64,000 nt of DNA from Lachnoclostridium sp. UBA5725. GTDB lineage: Bacteria; Bacillota; Clostridia; Lachnospirales; Lachnospiraceae. Location: positions 44,566-108,565 of the forward strand of contig DIGJ01000018.1 in assembly GCA_002419585.1 (NCBI GenBank). The letters are read 5' to 3'. The notes under the pieces are model-generated. The model was not told where the DNA came from. It was given only the letters and a program-made list of their open reading frames with translations, and did no database searches. Position 1 is the stretch's first letter; each line of letters opens with the position of its first letter. The position numbers and the translations under genes are program-made. Below, piece by piece: positions 1 through 9,692 of the stretch.

Positions 1-953
1 CTTGTTATGGAAGCATCTACTTGAGAAAAGTCCTTGAACAATTTATCCAGATCTTGTTTTTCAATACCAATTCCAGTATCCATCACCATAAAGAATAGCT
101 CAATCTCTCCATTATCGTTTTCCTGCGTCATATTTACTTCAATGCTGATTTGTCCTACATTGGTAAACTTTATACTGTTCGATAATAAATTATTAATAAT
201 CTGAGTTAACCGAAGCTCATCTCCAATTAAATTATCGGGTACATTTGGTGTAATACTAACACGAAGTGTTAATCCCTTTTCATTAATCATCGGAAGGGAT
301 GCTTCCATGGTTCGATCCATAAATTCACGAAAATGGAATTTTCTCTCTTCTAGCGAAAACTTTCCAGATTCAAGTTTTGAAAAATCAAGTAAGTCATCGA
401 TTATCGTTGACATATTATTGCAGCAACGTTCAATAATACTTAGTAGACTCTTTTGTTCTTGTGAAAGCGTCGTATCACGAAATGTAGCGGCAATTCCTTT
501 GATTCCATTGACGGGTGTTCGAAGTTCATGTGTTACAATCGATACAAAGTCATTTCGAGTCTGTAACGCTCGTTCTGCTTGTTCTTTTGCTTTTTCCACC
601 TGTCGGAATGCTGCTATTCGTTCCGTAATATTGACTGCACTTATGATTTTATACGAGTCATCCCCTTGATTGGAAAATACTCTCATTTCTACTGGAAAGC
701 AAGTTTCATTCTTTCGATATGCGAACCCATTCTTTTCTTTATTTATATATTCTACACCTTGGAAAGTCATTCGAAACTCTCTTCGAAAAATATCCATAAT
801 CGTAATACTTTCATCGGTTTCAAAATACCCCAGTTCCTTCCTTGCCATTTGGTTCCATCTTATTATCTCGCCCTTGCAATTTATGATCCAAAACATGCAA
901 TATGCATTGTCGAATACCATCTCTTTTAATTCTTGCAATTTGTCTAATTCCAT
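1..953 (-). CDS. sensor histidine kinase (PAS-like N-terminus, HisKA, HATPase_c); 3' end runs off the window
   Basis: Reverse translation from the ATG at 951-953, with a GGGG SD about 8 nt upstream, gives MELDKLQELKEMVFDNAYCMFW... It contains the H-box FVSIVTHELRTPVNGI, then LTQIINNLLSNSIKFT and MDTGIGI. It is absent from the ORF track because no stop lies inside the window. Confidence 0.8.
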   Translation of the reverse strand, partial: MELDKLQELKEMVFDNAYCMFWIINCKGEIIRWNQMARKELGYFETDESITIMDIFRREFRMTFQGVEYINKEKNGFAYRKNETCFPVEMRVFSNQGDDSYKIISAVNITERIAAFRQVEKAKEQAERALQTRNDFVSIVTHELRTPVNGIKGIAATFRDTTLSQEQKSLLSIIERCCNNMSTIIDDLLDFSKLESGKFSLEERKFHFREFMDRTMEASLPMINEKGLTLRVSITPNVPDNLIGDELRLTQIINNLLSNSIKFTNVGQISIEVNMTQENDNGEIELFFMVMDTGIGIEKQDLDKLFKDFSQVDASIT

Positions 954-1060
954 AGGATTACCCCTAGTTTCTTGGCTCATAATTAGTTACATTTATTCTA
1001 TTTCACAAAATGTGATTTGTCAACAAGTGCCCCATGGTTGTGAACATTTTATGACTTTAC

Positions 1061-1090
1061 TTGACATTTTGCAAAATAAGTGTATATAAT
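1061..1090 (+). promoter_or_regulatory. sigmaA-type promoter for the XRE gene
   Basis: TTGACA (1061-1066), an 18-nt spacer, then TATAAT (1085-1090), about 40 nt upstream of the ATG at 1133. Confidence 0.5.
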
Positions 1091-1132
1091 AACATGAAAC
1101 TATACGGTCTGTGAACAAAAGGAGCCAGCCAT

Positions 1133-1477
1133 ATGAACTTTAATGTACGTTTAAAGCAATTACGACAAAAGCATAAACTGACACAAAGTGAATTAGCTGA
1201 TATTCTTGGTCTAAAGCCTACTGCTATATCGAATTATGAGTCTCAGCGAAATGAACCATCTTTTGATAAATTAATTGCACTCTCAAAATATTTTGATGTT
1301 TCATGTGATTACTTGTTAGGGATTTCCGATGCATACCTTCCGGTTGGAGGAGAAGTGCTGGATAAAGATATTGTAGAATTCTTTGATTTATATCAAAAAT
1401 TAGATGGTGATAAAGCCAAGGAAGTTCGTAATTACACGAATTACCTAATTTATTGTCAAGAGCATCCGGAAAAGTAA
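1133..1477 (+). CDS. XRE-family helix-turn-helix transcriptional regulator
   Basis: The N-terminus LKQLRQKHKLTQSELADILGLKPTAISNYESQRNEPSFDKLIALSKYFDVSCDYLLG is a typical HTH_3/Cro-C1 fold. A GGAG SD lies upstream. Confidence 0.85.
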   Translation: MNFNVRLKQLRQKHKLTQSELADILGLKPTAISNYESQRNEPSFDKLIALSKYFDVSCDYLLGISDAYLPVGGEVLDKDIVEFFDLYQKLDGDKAKEVRNYTNYLIYCQEHPEK

Positions 1478-1508
1478 GATATGTACGTATGCAAAAAAAT
1501 GCTGTGGC

Positions 1509-2015
1509 CTAGTTGGCTCCACAGCATTTTTTATATTTCTTTCCACTTCCGCAAGGACATGGATCATTACGTCCCACTTTTTTATCCTTCACGATAGTGC
1601 CTGATTTTTTTTGTTCTTTATAAAGTTCTTTTCTTTTCTCTGGTGTCAAGAGGCTATCCCAAACTTCTAATTCGTACAACCACTCTGCTTTTGCCTCTAC
1701 CATATTATAATATAGTTTTTCTTTATCAATATCCAAAGATACCACAGTATCTTTATCCATCTCTTCAATTGGATTTTGAGTCTTCAAACTATCATTAATA
1801 CCATCTAAAAATCCTACCATGATACTTAATTCGGTATTGTACTTCTTTGCAAGTTCTTCAACCGTTCCACTTACTACGTTATCAATATCTGCAAGGATTT
1901 CTTCGTAAATACCTTTTTCAATCATAAAATATTCAGCCCAGAATTTTTCTCCGGCTTTTGTGTTTGTCATTTCGCGAGAATATGCGTATTCTCTCCAGTC
2001 ATTTAATAAACTCAT
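1509..2015 (-). CDS. SEC-C motif domain protein
   Basis: The C-terminal [17 protein letters not shown] is the SEC-C metal-binding motif. An AGGGAGG SD lies upstream. Confidence 0.75.
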   Translation of the reverse strand: MSLLNDWREYAYSREMTNTKAGEKFWAEYFMIEKGIYEEILADIDNVVSGTVEELAKKYNTELSIMVGFLDGINDSLKTQNPIEEMDKDTVVSLDIDKEKLYYNMVEAKAEWLYELEVWDSLLTPEKRKELYKEQKKSGTIVKDKKVGRNDPCPCGSGKKYKKCCGAN

Positions 2016-2245
2016 AATAAACCTCCCTTTTCATGGTCCGTTTAACAGTATATCATAAAGTAGTCCAAGTTTTCAATAATTTTTTATTTTTTTACTTAAT
2101 ATGTATAAAAAAAATAAGGACGATAATACTATAATCATACCAATGACAAATTATAAATACTTATCCTCCCCTGTTGAAGAGGCTGGCGCATAGTTTCTAA
2201 TTTCCCCCTATGCGTTGGCCTCTTCATTTTATGATTTTCTTACTT

Positions 2246-2482
2246 TTATCGATTTAAATCCTTGTTCTTATTCTTCAGTGCACGATAAACGAGTATATAT
2301 CCATAAAGCATTACTGGGATAGCTACTGTGGAAAAAATACAAGCCATAAATAATCCTTTTGTAGCAGGTGTCGTAAAAATCGCAGAAATCAAAGTCACGA
2401 CATAAAGGGCAACTAAAAATACGACTCCTATCATAGCTAAAATTCTCTGACCTTTTGGTCTTTTTTCTTTTTGATTCTCCAT
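2246..2482 (-). CDS. small membrane protein (two predicted TM helices)
   Basis: Hydrophobic stretches ILAMIGVVFLVALYVVTLISAIF and LFMACIFSTVAIPVMLYGYILVY. A GGAGAA SD precedes the ATG. There is only a 12-nt gap to the upstream Nudix gene. Confidence 0.5.
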   Translation of the reverse strand: MENQKEKRPKGQRILAMIGVVFLVALYVVTLISAIFTTPATKGLFMACIFSTVAIPVMLYGYILVYRALKNKNKDLNR

Positions 2483-2494
2483 CTGGTTTTCTCC

Positions 2495-3220
2495 TTACAA
2501 ATTTTCTTTTATATGCAAAAGGGCTTGTACAATCATTCTTGGATGATCAAACGCCGTTTTGCTATTTTCTATTACTTCATAGTCCGTTTCCTTTAATATT
2601 CCTGTTTTATTATAGGTCACACCAACTTTGCTAATAAGATGAATATCCTGTTCTTCATTTGATAATCTTAGTTCATAGATGTCACGAATTCGTTCCCCAT
2701 TTGTCTGATCACATACCTTACTTTCAATCTGGCGAAAAGAAATATCCATCCACTGCGCATCGGCTGCGTCATCCCCAGCTTTTATCTTTGCTACACTATC
2801 ATCTACAATTGCAAGATAAGATGTGGTAATAATTCGCGTTCTTGGGTCTCTCCAAACTTCTCCCCAAGCATACATTTGCTCAATTGGAATATCTTTCAAG
2901 CCGGTTTCTTCGGTAAGTTCCCGTTTTGCTCCGTCAATTAAGTCTTCATACATCTCAACGAATCCGCCCGGTAGGGCATAGTATCCAATACTAGGATGAT
3001 TGCGTCTTTTAATCATGAGCACTTTCAGTCCTTCTTCCACACATTTCAATTCACCATGGGTACGAATCACAATAATATCAGCTGTGCTGCACGGATTCTT
3101 ATATTTTAAAGGATCATATACCTCCAGAAACTCCTCTAAAGTCTGCCCGAATTCATTTTTTATTCCAGTCCCATAAAAGGATTCTATAGTTTCTAAAAAA
3201 GCTGACATCATTACCTCCAT
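2495..3220 (-). CDS. NUDIX hydrolase (ADP-ribose pyrophosphatase-like)
   Basis: Nudix box GGFVEMYEDLIDGAKRELTEETGL (G-x5-E-x7-REUxEExGU). The start may be one of the internal Met residues in MEVMM. Confidence 0.85.
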   Translation of the reverse strand: MEVMMSAFLETIESFYGTGIKNEFGQTLEEFLEVYDPLKYKNPCSTADIIVIRTHGELKCVEEGLKVLMIKRRNHPSIGYYALPGGFVEMYEDLIDGAKRELTEETGLKDIPIEQMYAWGEVWRDPRTRIITTSYLAIVDDSVAKIKAGDDAADAQWMDISFRQIESKVCDQTNGERIRDIYELRLSNEEQDIHLISKVGVTYNKTGILKETDYEVIENSKTAFDHPRMIVQALLHIKENL

Positions 3221-3337
3221 TTGTTTTCATCTGTAACAAATATGATAGTCCATCCTGGTAAAAAATGCAAGGTTAACTGTTGACGCTTGTATTTTCTCAT
3301 CGTTTGTGTCAAACTGTACAAGCTAGGAGGATATAAC

Positions 3338-4249
3338 ATGTTATACACAAAATCAAAGGAAACGTTAGCGTTCCCTGATAATTATACGGTCATTGATCTA
3401 GAAACCACCGGTCTTAATATAGAGGAAGATTCCATTATCGAGATTGCTGCATTAAAAGTAAAAAGCGGAAAAGAAGCCGAGTATTTTCAGACACTAATTT
3501 CTTGCCCCATTACGATAACACAACGGATACAAAATCTGACTGGAATATCAAATGAAATGCTGATGGACGCACCAATATTTTCGCAAATTGCAGGACAATT
3601 AAGCGCATTTATCGATGATGATATCATCATTGGTCATGCTATATTGTTTGATATTACCTTTTTATCAAAGGCTTTCTTGGCAACTGGATTTATGCCCCTT
3701 GAAAATCTTTATATTGATACCTTGCCAATCTCTCAGAAACTGCTGCCAGAATTGGTCCATCATCGTTTAAAGGATATGGCCTCTTACTACAAGTTCGATA
3801 CCACCAATGCCCATCGGGCGATGGTGGACTGCAACATGAATTATCAGGTGTTTGAGGCAATGAAGCAGACCATTATAAATACGTATACCAGTTATGATAC
3901 TTTTATTTCGAATTGGAACACGCTGTCCAAACGCATCAAGGCGGACATGATTTCAACAGACATCGAATCTTTTGACACTACACACCTTCTTTATCAGAAA
4001 AATTGTGTTATTACCGGGGCTCTTGACCGCTTTTCGCGTAAAGAAGCAATGCAGATAATCGCAAATCTTGGTGGTATCAATATGGATAAATTGAATACAT
4101 CTACTGATATTTTGATCCTCGGAAATGGAGAATACTGCGACTTATTAACTGGTATTACAAAAAAGCAAAAAAAAGCCCTCCGCCTTATCGACGAAGGGTA
4201 CCCTATTAAAATCATAACTGAGCTGGAATTTTATCAGTTGCTTTCTTAA
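3338..4249 (+). CDS. DnaQ/DEDDh-type 3'-5' exonuclease fused to a C-terminal BRCT domain
   Basis: ExoI motif VIDLETTGL and ExoIII motif HRAMVDC. The C-terminal CVITGALDRFSRKEAMQIIANLGGINMDKLNTSTDILILG is BRCT-like. The ATG at 3338 has an AGGAGG SD, so the track start at 3287 is unlikely. Confidence 0.8.
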   Translation: MLYTKSKETLAFPDNYTVIDLETTGLNIEEDSIIEIAALKVKSGKEAEYFQTLISCPITITQRIQNLTGISNEMLMDAPIFSQIAGQLSAFIDDDIIIGHAILFDITFLSKAFLATGFMPLENLYIDTLPISQKLLPELVHHRLKDMASYYKFDTTNAHRAMVDCNMNYQVFEAMKQTIINTYTSYDTFISNWNTLSKRIKADMISTDIESFDTTHLLYQKNCVITGALDRFSRKEAMQIIANLGGINMDKLNTSTDILILGNGEYCDLLTGITKKQKKALRLIDEGYPIKIITELEFYQLLS

Positions 4250-4271
4250 AAATGTTCAACGAAAGACTTTA

Positions 4272-5210
4272 TTATACAAGGTTCAGTATTTCTTCTTTGG
4301 CAGGTTCTGTTTCTTCTATCTCAATTGCATAGAGTACAGGACCTTTTCCATTGTAATCCGTCCAAAATTCGTTTTTTACTTCTGCGGTTACTTTCACCCA
4401 TTGTTTATTCTCAAGATGTCTTGCCTGCCTTGTCTTACATACAAAACCAAGGAATGCAATATCATCTGCACAACACGTCATAGCCATTCTGCCGGGCACA
4501 AAGTAATTTTTTGGGAAACCTCCTGGTTTTAACACCATACCTTTAAATTGTACTTTCTTGCCAACATAACGATCCGTATTTTCCAGTGCATCAATATACC
4601 AGATGCCAAATGCTTCCTCATCAATTTCAATAGTTGGAGCGTTTACATCGTATGGCAGATCTTCTTCGGTTATAACATCCACCATGTCTTCATCTGCATC
4701 CTCAAAGACAACCTGTGCTCTTTGATTGATTGCTTTCAGAGCCCTACGATATACTGGAAGATCTTCGATTCCCTGACAACGGTTGAAAATAATCATATCT
4801 GATTTTCGAATCATTTCTGCCAATAAGGATTTCATATTTGCAAAATAAGTAGTAAACGTAGATGCATCAAGAAAAGAGATCTGCTGCTGAATCTCCCAAT
4901 GTCCAGGAAGTTTCATATCCTTGGCATTCCACATTCCATTGTATTCAAGCAAAATACGTTCTGGCTTATATTTGTTTTCCAGTGTAATCAGTTTTTCAAC
5001 GGTAAAATCTTCCTGATCTTCTATCATTTCCAAAATGGTACGATTTTTATCTAATAGCTTAGAATCATATTCCACCAATCCATCTTCACAAACAATCAAT
5101 AGCGTAGTGCCCTCCACCAAAAAGTAATCTTCATCAATTGTTTGATTCAAAAAGGTAGTCTTCCCACTCTCCAAAAAACCATTTATTAAGTATATTGGCA
5201 TTGTTTCCAT
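4272..5210 (-). CDS. G3E/CobW-like P-loop GTPase fused to a C-terminal Cys-motif domain
   Basis: N-terminal YLINGFLESGKTTFL (Walker A). The C-terminal RMAMTCCADDIAFLGFVC resembles the CC-containing DUF1980-type domain found in metal-homeostasis loci. Confidence 0.65.
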   Translation of the reverse strand: METMPIYLINGFLESGKTTFLNQTIDEDYFLVEGTTLLIVCEDGLVEYDSKLLDKNRTILEMIEDQEDFTVEKLITLENKYKPERILLEYNGMWNAKDMKLPGHWEIQQQISFLDASTFTTYFANMKSLLAEMIRKSDMIIFNRCQGIEDLPVYRRALKAINQRAQVVFEDADEDMVDVITEEDLPYDVNAPTIEIDEEAFGIWYIDALENTDRYVGKKVQFKGMVLKPGGFPKNYFVPGRMAMTCCADDIAFLGFVCKTRQARHLENKQWVKVTAEVKNEFWTDYNGKGPVLYAIEIEETEPAKEEILNLV

Positions 5211-5247
5211 CCTGGCACCTCATTTCTAAATATTGAACTTATACTTC

Positions 5248-6342
5248 TTACTTAAATAATTGTTCCAAAGCTTCTTCCTTTAACTTTGATCCAATCACGC
5301 AAACTTTACCCGTATAATCTGGCTTACCTTTTCTAAGTTCCATTTCTCCTGGAACATAGTCAAAGTAAATCCATTCCTCGTTATCTTTGGATTTCACCAT
5401 ACCTTTGGCACGAAGTACAATACCGTAAGTCTCTTCCTCTTCCAAACGGGCTAACTTACTCTTTAATTCATCTTCTGCATAGGAAATTGGTGCTTCGAAT
5501 CCCCAGCTTCCAAATACTTCATCGGCGTGATGATGTCCATGTTCATGCCCATGATTGTGTCCACAGCCACAGCCACATTCTTCGCCGTGTTCATGATGAT
5601 GTTCATGCTCTTCTTCATGGTCATGGTGATGTCCACAGCCACATTCCTCATCATGATCATGATGGTGTCCACAGCCACATTTTTCATCCTGATCGTGATG
5701 ATGTTCATGATGGTGTTTCATTTCTTCTAGCATTTCTTTTTCTAATGTATTTGTCTTTTCAATTGCTTCAAGTACTGCGGTTCCATCTAACTGATCCCAT
5801 GGAGTAGTAATGATGGTAGCCTCTTTATTATAGTTACGAATTAATTCGACACAAGCATTGATTTTGTCTTCTGACATCTTGTCCGTACGGCTTAAAATAA
5901 TCGTCCCTGCATGTTCAATCTGATTAATAAAGAATTCTCCGAAATTTTTCACAAACATTTTACACTTTATCGCATCCACAACAGCTACTGTACTATTTAG
6001 TGTACTTCCATTTTCACGCACGTCTTCAACTGCCTTTGTGACATCCGAAAGTTTGCCTACTCCAGATGGTTCAATTAATATGCGCTCTGGCTTATATTTT
6101 TCGATTACTTCTTTTAATGACGCACCAAAATCTCCAACAAGAGAACAACAAATGCATCCAGAGTTCATTTCACGAATTTCGATACCAGCTTCTTTTAAGA
6201 ATCCGCCGTCAATTCCGATTTCTCCGAATTCATTTTCTATCAATACAACTTTTTGTCCATTTAACGCTTCTTTTAAAAGCTTTTTGACTAATGTAGTTTT
6301 TCCAGCACCTAAAAATCCAGATATAATATCAATCTTTATCAT
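5248..6342 (-). CDS. COG0523-family metallochaperone GTPase with a long internal His/Cys-rich tract
   Basis: IISGFLGAGKTTL (Walker A) and the CxCC motif GCICCSL, then HHHEHHHDQDEKCGCGHHHDHDEECGCGHHHDHEEEHEHHHEHGEECGCGCGHNHGHEHGHHH. The start was chosen at the Met of MIKIDII, which has a GGAAGG SD. Confidence 0.8.
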   Translation of the reverse strand: MIKIDIISGFLGAGKTTLVKKLLKEALNGQKVVLIENEFGEIGIDGGFLKEAGIEIREMNSGCICCSLVGDFGASLKEVIEKYKPERILIEPSGVGKLSDVTKAVEDVRENGSTLNSTVAVVDAIKCKMFVKNFGEFFINQIEHAGTIILSRTDKMSEDKINACVELIRNYNKEATIITTPWDQLDGTAVLEAIEKTNTLEKEMLEEMKHHHEHHHDQDEKCGCGHHHDHDEECGCGHHHDHEEEHEHHHEHGEECGCGCGHNHGHEHGHHHADEVFGSWGFEAPISYAEDELKSKLARLEEEETYGIVLRAKGMVKSKDNEEWIYFDYVPGEMELRKGKPDYTGKVCVIGSKLKEEALEQLFK

Positions 6343-6457
6343 AATATTCCTTCCAATCCTTTCAATCGAACTGTCCACCTAAATTTGCGGATCAGTATAA
6401 CCTAATTTATCCATTACGGTGTACATCATACCACAAGCAAATTAAGAAATCAAATCG

Positions 6458-7444
6458 TTACACGAAAACCTCGTAGGAACTTTCACTCTTATTATAAAAG
6501 CTTAGCAGTGCTTCTAAGGAACCTTCCACCATACTGGCAACTGCTGCATCGGTATAAAAAGCCATATGCTGTGTCATCGTAACATTTGGAAACTGACGAA
6601 GATATGCCATATCTTTGTTAGAAATAATGTCAGAGCGAAGGTCATGATGGTATATGCCTTCTTCTTTCTCAAAAACATCAAGTCCCAGAGCCCCAATTTT
6701 TTCTGTTTCCACCGCCTCAATGATATCCGGTATTGACATGAGCTCGCCTCTTGCACAGTTAATAATGATGACTCCCGGCTTCATCTTTGCAATCGAATTT
6801 TTATCAATCATATGATACGTACTGTCAAGCAACGGTGTGTGCAATGAAATCACATCACTTTTTTCATATAGTTCGTCCAAAGAAACATAAGTCACCATTT
6901 CTTTCAGACTTTCTTTTTTATAGGCATCGTATGCAATAATATTACACCCAAATCCTTGAAGATTTCGAACGACCGATTCTCCAATTTTTCCAGTTCCGAT
7001 AATACCAACTGTGAGATTTCTAAGTTCTCTTCCCTGCAATCCTCGCAAGGAATAATCATTTACATTTCCACGAAATAGAGCCTGTTTATAGTGTCTTAAT
7101 GACATAAGTAGCAACATGACCGAAAACTCTGCTACACCATTTGGAGCATACTGTGAATTACTGATACGAATGCCTACTTTCTTTGCATATTCTACATCGA
7201 TATGGTTAAATCCGATCGTTCTGGTTGCTAAAAACTTCACGCCAAACGCTTTCATTTTATCTAAAATTTCGGAACTAATATTACTTCGTCCCAAAATGGT
7301 GATTCCATCCTGACCGCTAATTTGGTCAATATTTTCTAAGGTCAAGGCTTCGCTACAGTAAGTAACCTCCATGTGAAAACGCTCCGCTTGTTCTAAAAAG
7401 TCTTTCTTTTCATCTTCTCTTACTTCAAATGCTATTACTTTCAT
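6458..7444 (-). CDS. D-isomer-specific 2-hydroxyacid dehydrogenase (D-lactate dehydrogenase-like)
   Basis: NAD fold GIIGTGKIGESV, plus a catalytic region with NCARG and MTQHMAFYT. The overall layout matches LdhA/LdhD. Confidence 0.8.
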   Translation of the reverse strand: MKVIAFEVREDEKKDFLEQAERFHMEVTYCSEALTLENIDQISGQDGITILGRSNISSEILDKMKAFGVKFLATRTIGFNHIDVEYAKKVGIRISNSQYAPNGVAEFSVMLLLMSLRHYKQALFRGNVNDYSLRGLQGRELRNLTVGIIGTGKIGESVVRNLQGFGCNIIAYDAYKKESLKEMVTYVSLDELYEKSDVISLHTPLLDSTYHMIDKNSIAKMKPGVIIINCARGELMSIPDIIEAVETEKIGALGLDVFEKEEGIYHHDLRSDIISNKDMAYLRQFPNVTMTQHMAFYTDAAVASMVEGSLEALLSFYNKSESSYEVFV

Positions 7445-7447
7445 TTT

Positions 7448-8452
7448 TTATACACTCATTTCTATAGAATAGGAATCAATTTGTTTCAGTTCTTCCTTCG
7501 TGAAGGATATTTTATCTATTATTTCTAAGTTCTCTATAATCTGTGTTGGCTTTGATGCACCTATCAAAACACTCGTAACCTCACCATCACGCAGTACCCA
7601 GCTTAGTGCCATCTGTGCAAGCGTTTGTCCTCGCCCTTTAGCAATCGCATTAAGCCCCTCGATTTCTTTGATTCGTTCTGGGGTTAGATTATTTTCCTTT
7701 AAAAATCGGCCATCCTTTGCAATTCGACTGTCTGATGGAATCCCATGAAGGTATTTGTCCGTTAACATTCCTTGCGCAAGCGGACTAAATGCAATAATTC
7801 CGCAGCCATGTTTTGCTGCGTATGATTTTAAACCATCTTCTTCCATACTACGGTCAAAGATCGAATATCTCCTTTGGTTTATAATAAATGGGCACCGAAG
7901 TTCTTTTAATATCTTCATGGCCGCTATGGTATGTTCCTTGTCATAATTGGAAATGCCCGCATAAAGTGCCTTCCCGCTCTTTACTGCTTGATCTAGTGCC
8001 ATCATGGATTCTTCTAACGGTGTTTCTGGGTCCATTCTGTGATGATAGAAAATGTCAACATAATCAAGATCAAGGCGTTTTAGGCTCTGATCAAGACTAG
8101 AAAGTAAATGCTTTCTACTGCCAAAGTTTCCATAAGGACCTTCCCACATGTCATATCCAGCCTTTGTACTAATGAGTAGTTCATCCCGATACGCATGCAT
8201 TTCATTTTTTAGAATACGTCCTATGTTCGTTTCTGCACTTCCTGCAATGGGACCATAATTGTTTGCGAGATCAAAGTGTGTAATACCCTGATCAAATGCC
8301 GTAGTGCATAGTTCCTTCATCGAATCATACGATGCATTGGAACCAAAATTATGCCATAATCCAAGCGACACCATGGGAAGCTTGATCCCACTATTGCCAC
8401 ATTTTTGATAACTCATCTTGACATAACGTTCTTTATTTGCTACATAGGTCAT
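7448..8452 (-). CDS. aldo/keto reductase, YghZ/Gpr-like
   Basis: MTYVANKERYVKMSYQKCGNSGIKLPMVSLGLWHNFG closely parallels the YghZ N-terminus. FDLANNYG and ISNY motifs are present. Confidence 0.8.
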   Translation of the reverse strand: MTYVANKERYVKMSYQKCGNSGIKLPMVSLGLWHNFGSNASYDSMKELCTTAFDQGITHFDLANNYGPIAGSAETNIGRILKNEMHAYRDELLISTKAGYDMWEGPYGNFGSRKHLLSSLDQSLKRLDLDYVDIFYHHRMDPETPLEESMMALDQAVKSGKALYAGISNYDKEHTIAAMKILKELRCPFIINQRRYSIFDRSMEEDGLKSYAAKHGCGIIAFSPLAQGMLTDKYLHGIPSDSRIAKDGRFLKENNLTPERIKEIEGLNAIAKGRGQTLAQMALSWVLRDGEVTSVLIGASKPTQIIENLEIIDKISFTKEELKQIDSYSIEMSV

Positions 8453-8462
8453 ATGTTTATCC

Positions 8463-9692
8463 TCATTTCTGTGCTGTTTTTGCGCACTCCATTACTTCAT
8501 GATATACCGTCTGATAGTCAAGACCTGAATCCATACATAGTTTCTTTACACTCTCATACTCCGGATACCATTTCACACCATGATTTCCTTCACACACTTT
8601 TACCTTCGCTGATCCGTAGGTTGTTTCGATGCAACGTATCTCTCTTTTCAGAGTTGTACGTTCCATTGGACATTTTCGAATGCCTATGGTTGTCGTATTT
8701 GTAAATACGATGTCTTCACATTCTTTTATTTTCTCTTCTTGACAGATCACAGAAAGCAAATAAGCAGGACGGTTTTTCTTCATATAAATCGGAGTATAGT
8801 ATACATCTTTTGCCCCGACTTCAAAAAGTTTCTCCATGGTATAAGAAAGGGCTTCACCCGAGCAATCATCGATATTGGTCTCTAGCATCCAAATAGAATC
8901 CGATGGATGTTTAAAAGACTCCTCATCCCCTGCCGTTTTTCTTTCAAAAAGCATGGCTCGAAGAATATTTGCCGTTTTAAACTCCTTCTTCCCTGCGCCA
9001 ATTCCAGTTGCCAGTATCCTTACATTCTCTGGCAAGGTTTCTTTGGTTTTTAGTGCAGCTACAATAGCCGCACCAGTTGGCGTAACCATTTCTCCTTGAT
9101 TATCCGTTATCCTTAAGGTTAGTCCATAATCACACACTATATTCAAAGTTGCTGGCACTGGTACTGGAAGAATCCCATGTTGGCAGCTAACATGCCCCTG
9201 ACCTTCATATAAGGTTGAAACAACTACATCATCTACCTCTAAATCACAAACACAAAAAGCAACGCTAACAATATCAACAATGGAATCAATGGCTCCTACT
9301 TCATGAAAGTGTACCTCTTCAATTGGTAACTGATGCGCCTTCGCCTCCGCTTTTGCTACGATTTCAAACATCCTTTTGGATAAACTTTTTACCTTTTCAT
9401 CCTCTATGGCATCCAGTATTTTATGAATATCGTATAGATTGCGATGCATGTGAGAAGAATGATCGTTCTCCTTATGATGATGCGTATGATTATCTTCTAA
9501 GATTACATCAAATGAAAAACTATCTATACCACTTTTTTTACATCGTTCCATCTTTAGTTGGTAACCGTCAAATGGCAGTTTCTTTAATAATTCCTGTAAC
9601 TTCTTTTGATCTGCGCCAAGATCTAGTAAGGCACCAACCGTCATATCTCCACTAATACCGGAGTAACATTCCAAATACAAAGTTTTATTCAT
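8463..9692 (-). CDS. larC: LarC, nickel-pincer cofactor nickel-insertion protein (DUF111)
   Basis: The N-terminus YLECYSGISGDMTVGALLDLGAD is the LarC signature. It has an internal His-rich HTHHHKENDHSSHMH and a C-terminal LarC2-like part. Confidence 0.85.
   Translation of the reverse strand: MNKTLYLECYSGISGDMTVGALLDLGADQKKLQELLKKLPFDGYQLKMERCKKSGIDSFSFDVILEDNHTHHHKENDHSSHMHRNLYDIHKILDAIEDEKVKSLSKRMFEIVAKAEAKAHQLPIEEVHFHEVGAIDSIVDIVSVAFCVCDLEVDDVVVSTLYEGQGHVSCQHGILPVPVPATLNIVCDYGLTLRITDNQGEMVTPTGAAIVAALKTKETLPENVRILATGIGAGKKEFKTANILRAMLFERKTAGDEESFKHPSDSIWMLETNIDDCSGEALSYTMEKLFEVGAKDVYYTPIYMKKNRPAYLLSVICQEEKIKECEDIVFTNTTTIGIRKCPMERTTLKREIRCIETTYGSAKVKVCEGNHGVKWYPEYESVKKLCMDSGLDYQTVYHEVMECAKTAQK

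Noticed and set aside
307-1089. Three overlapping plus-strand ORFs (120, 116 and 139 aa) from the track.
   Set aside because: They are antisense shadows of a clear minus-strand histidine kinase, whose H-box and ATPase motifs read cleanly in the opposite frame. Their sequences are low-complexity with no SD.
5463-5807. ORFs on both strands made of His/Met/Val/Asp repeats (81, 106 and 67 aa).
   Set aside because: They are alternative-frame and antisense readings of the CAT/CAC-rich codon repeat that encodes the His/Cys tract of the COG0523 GTPase.
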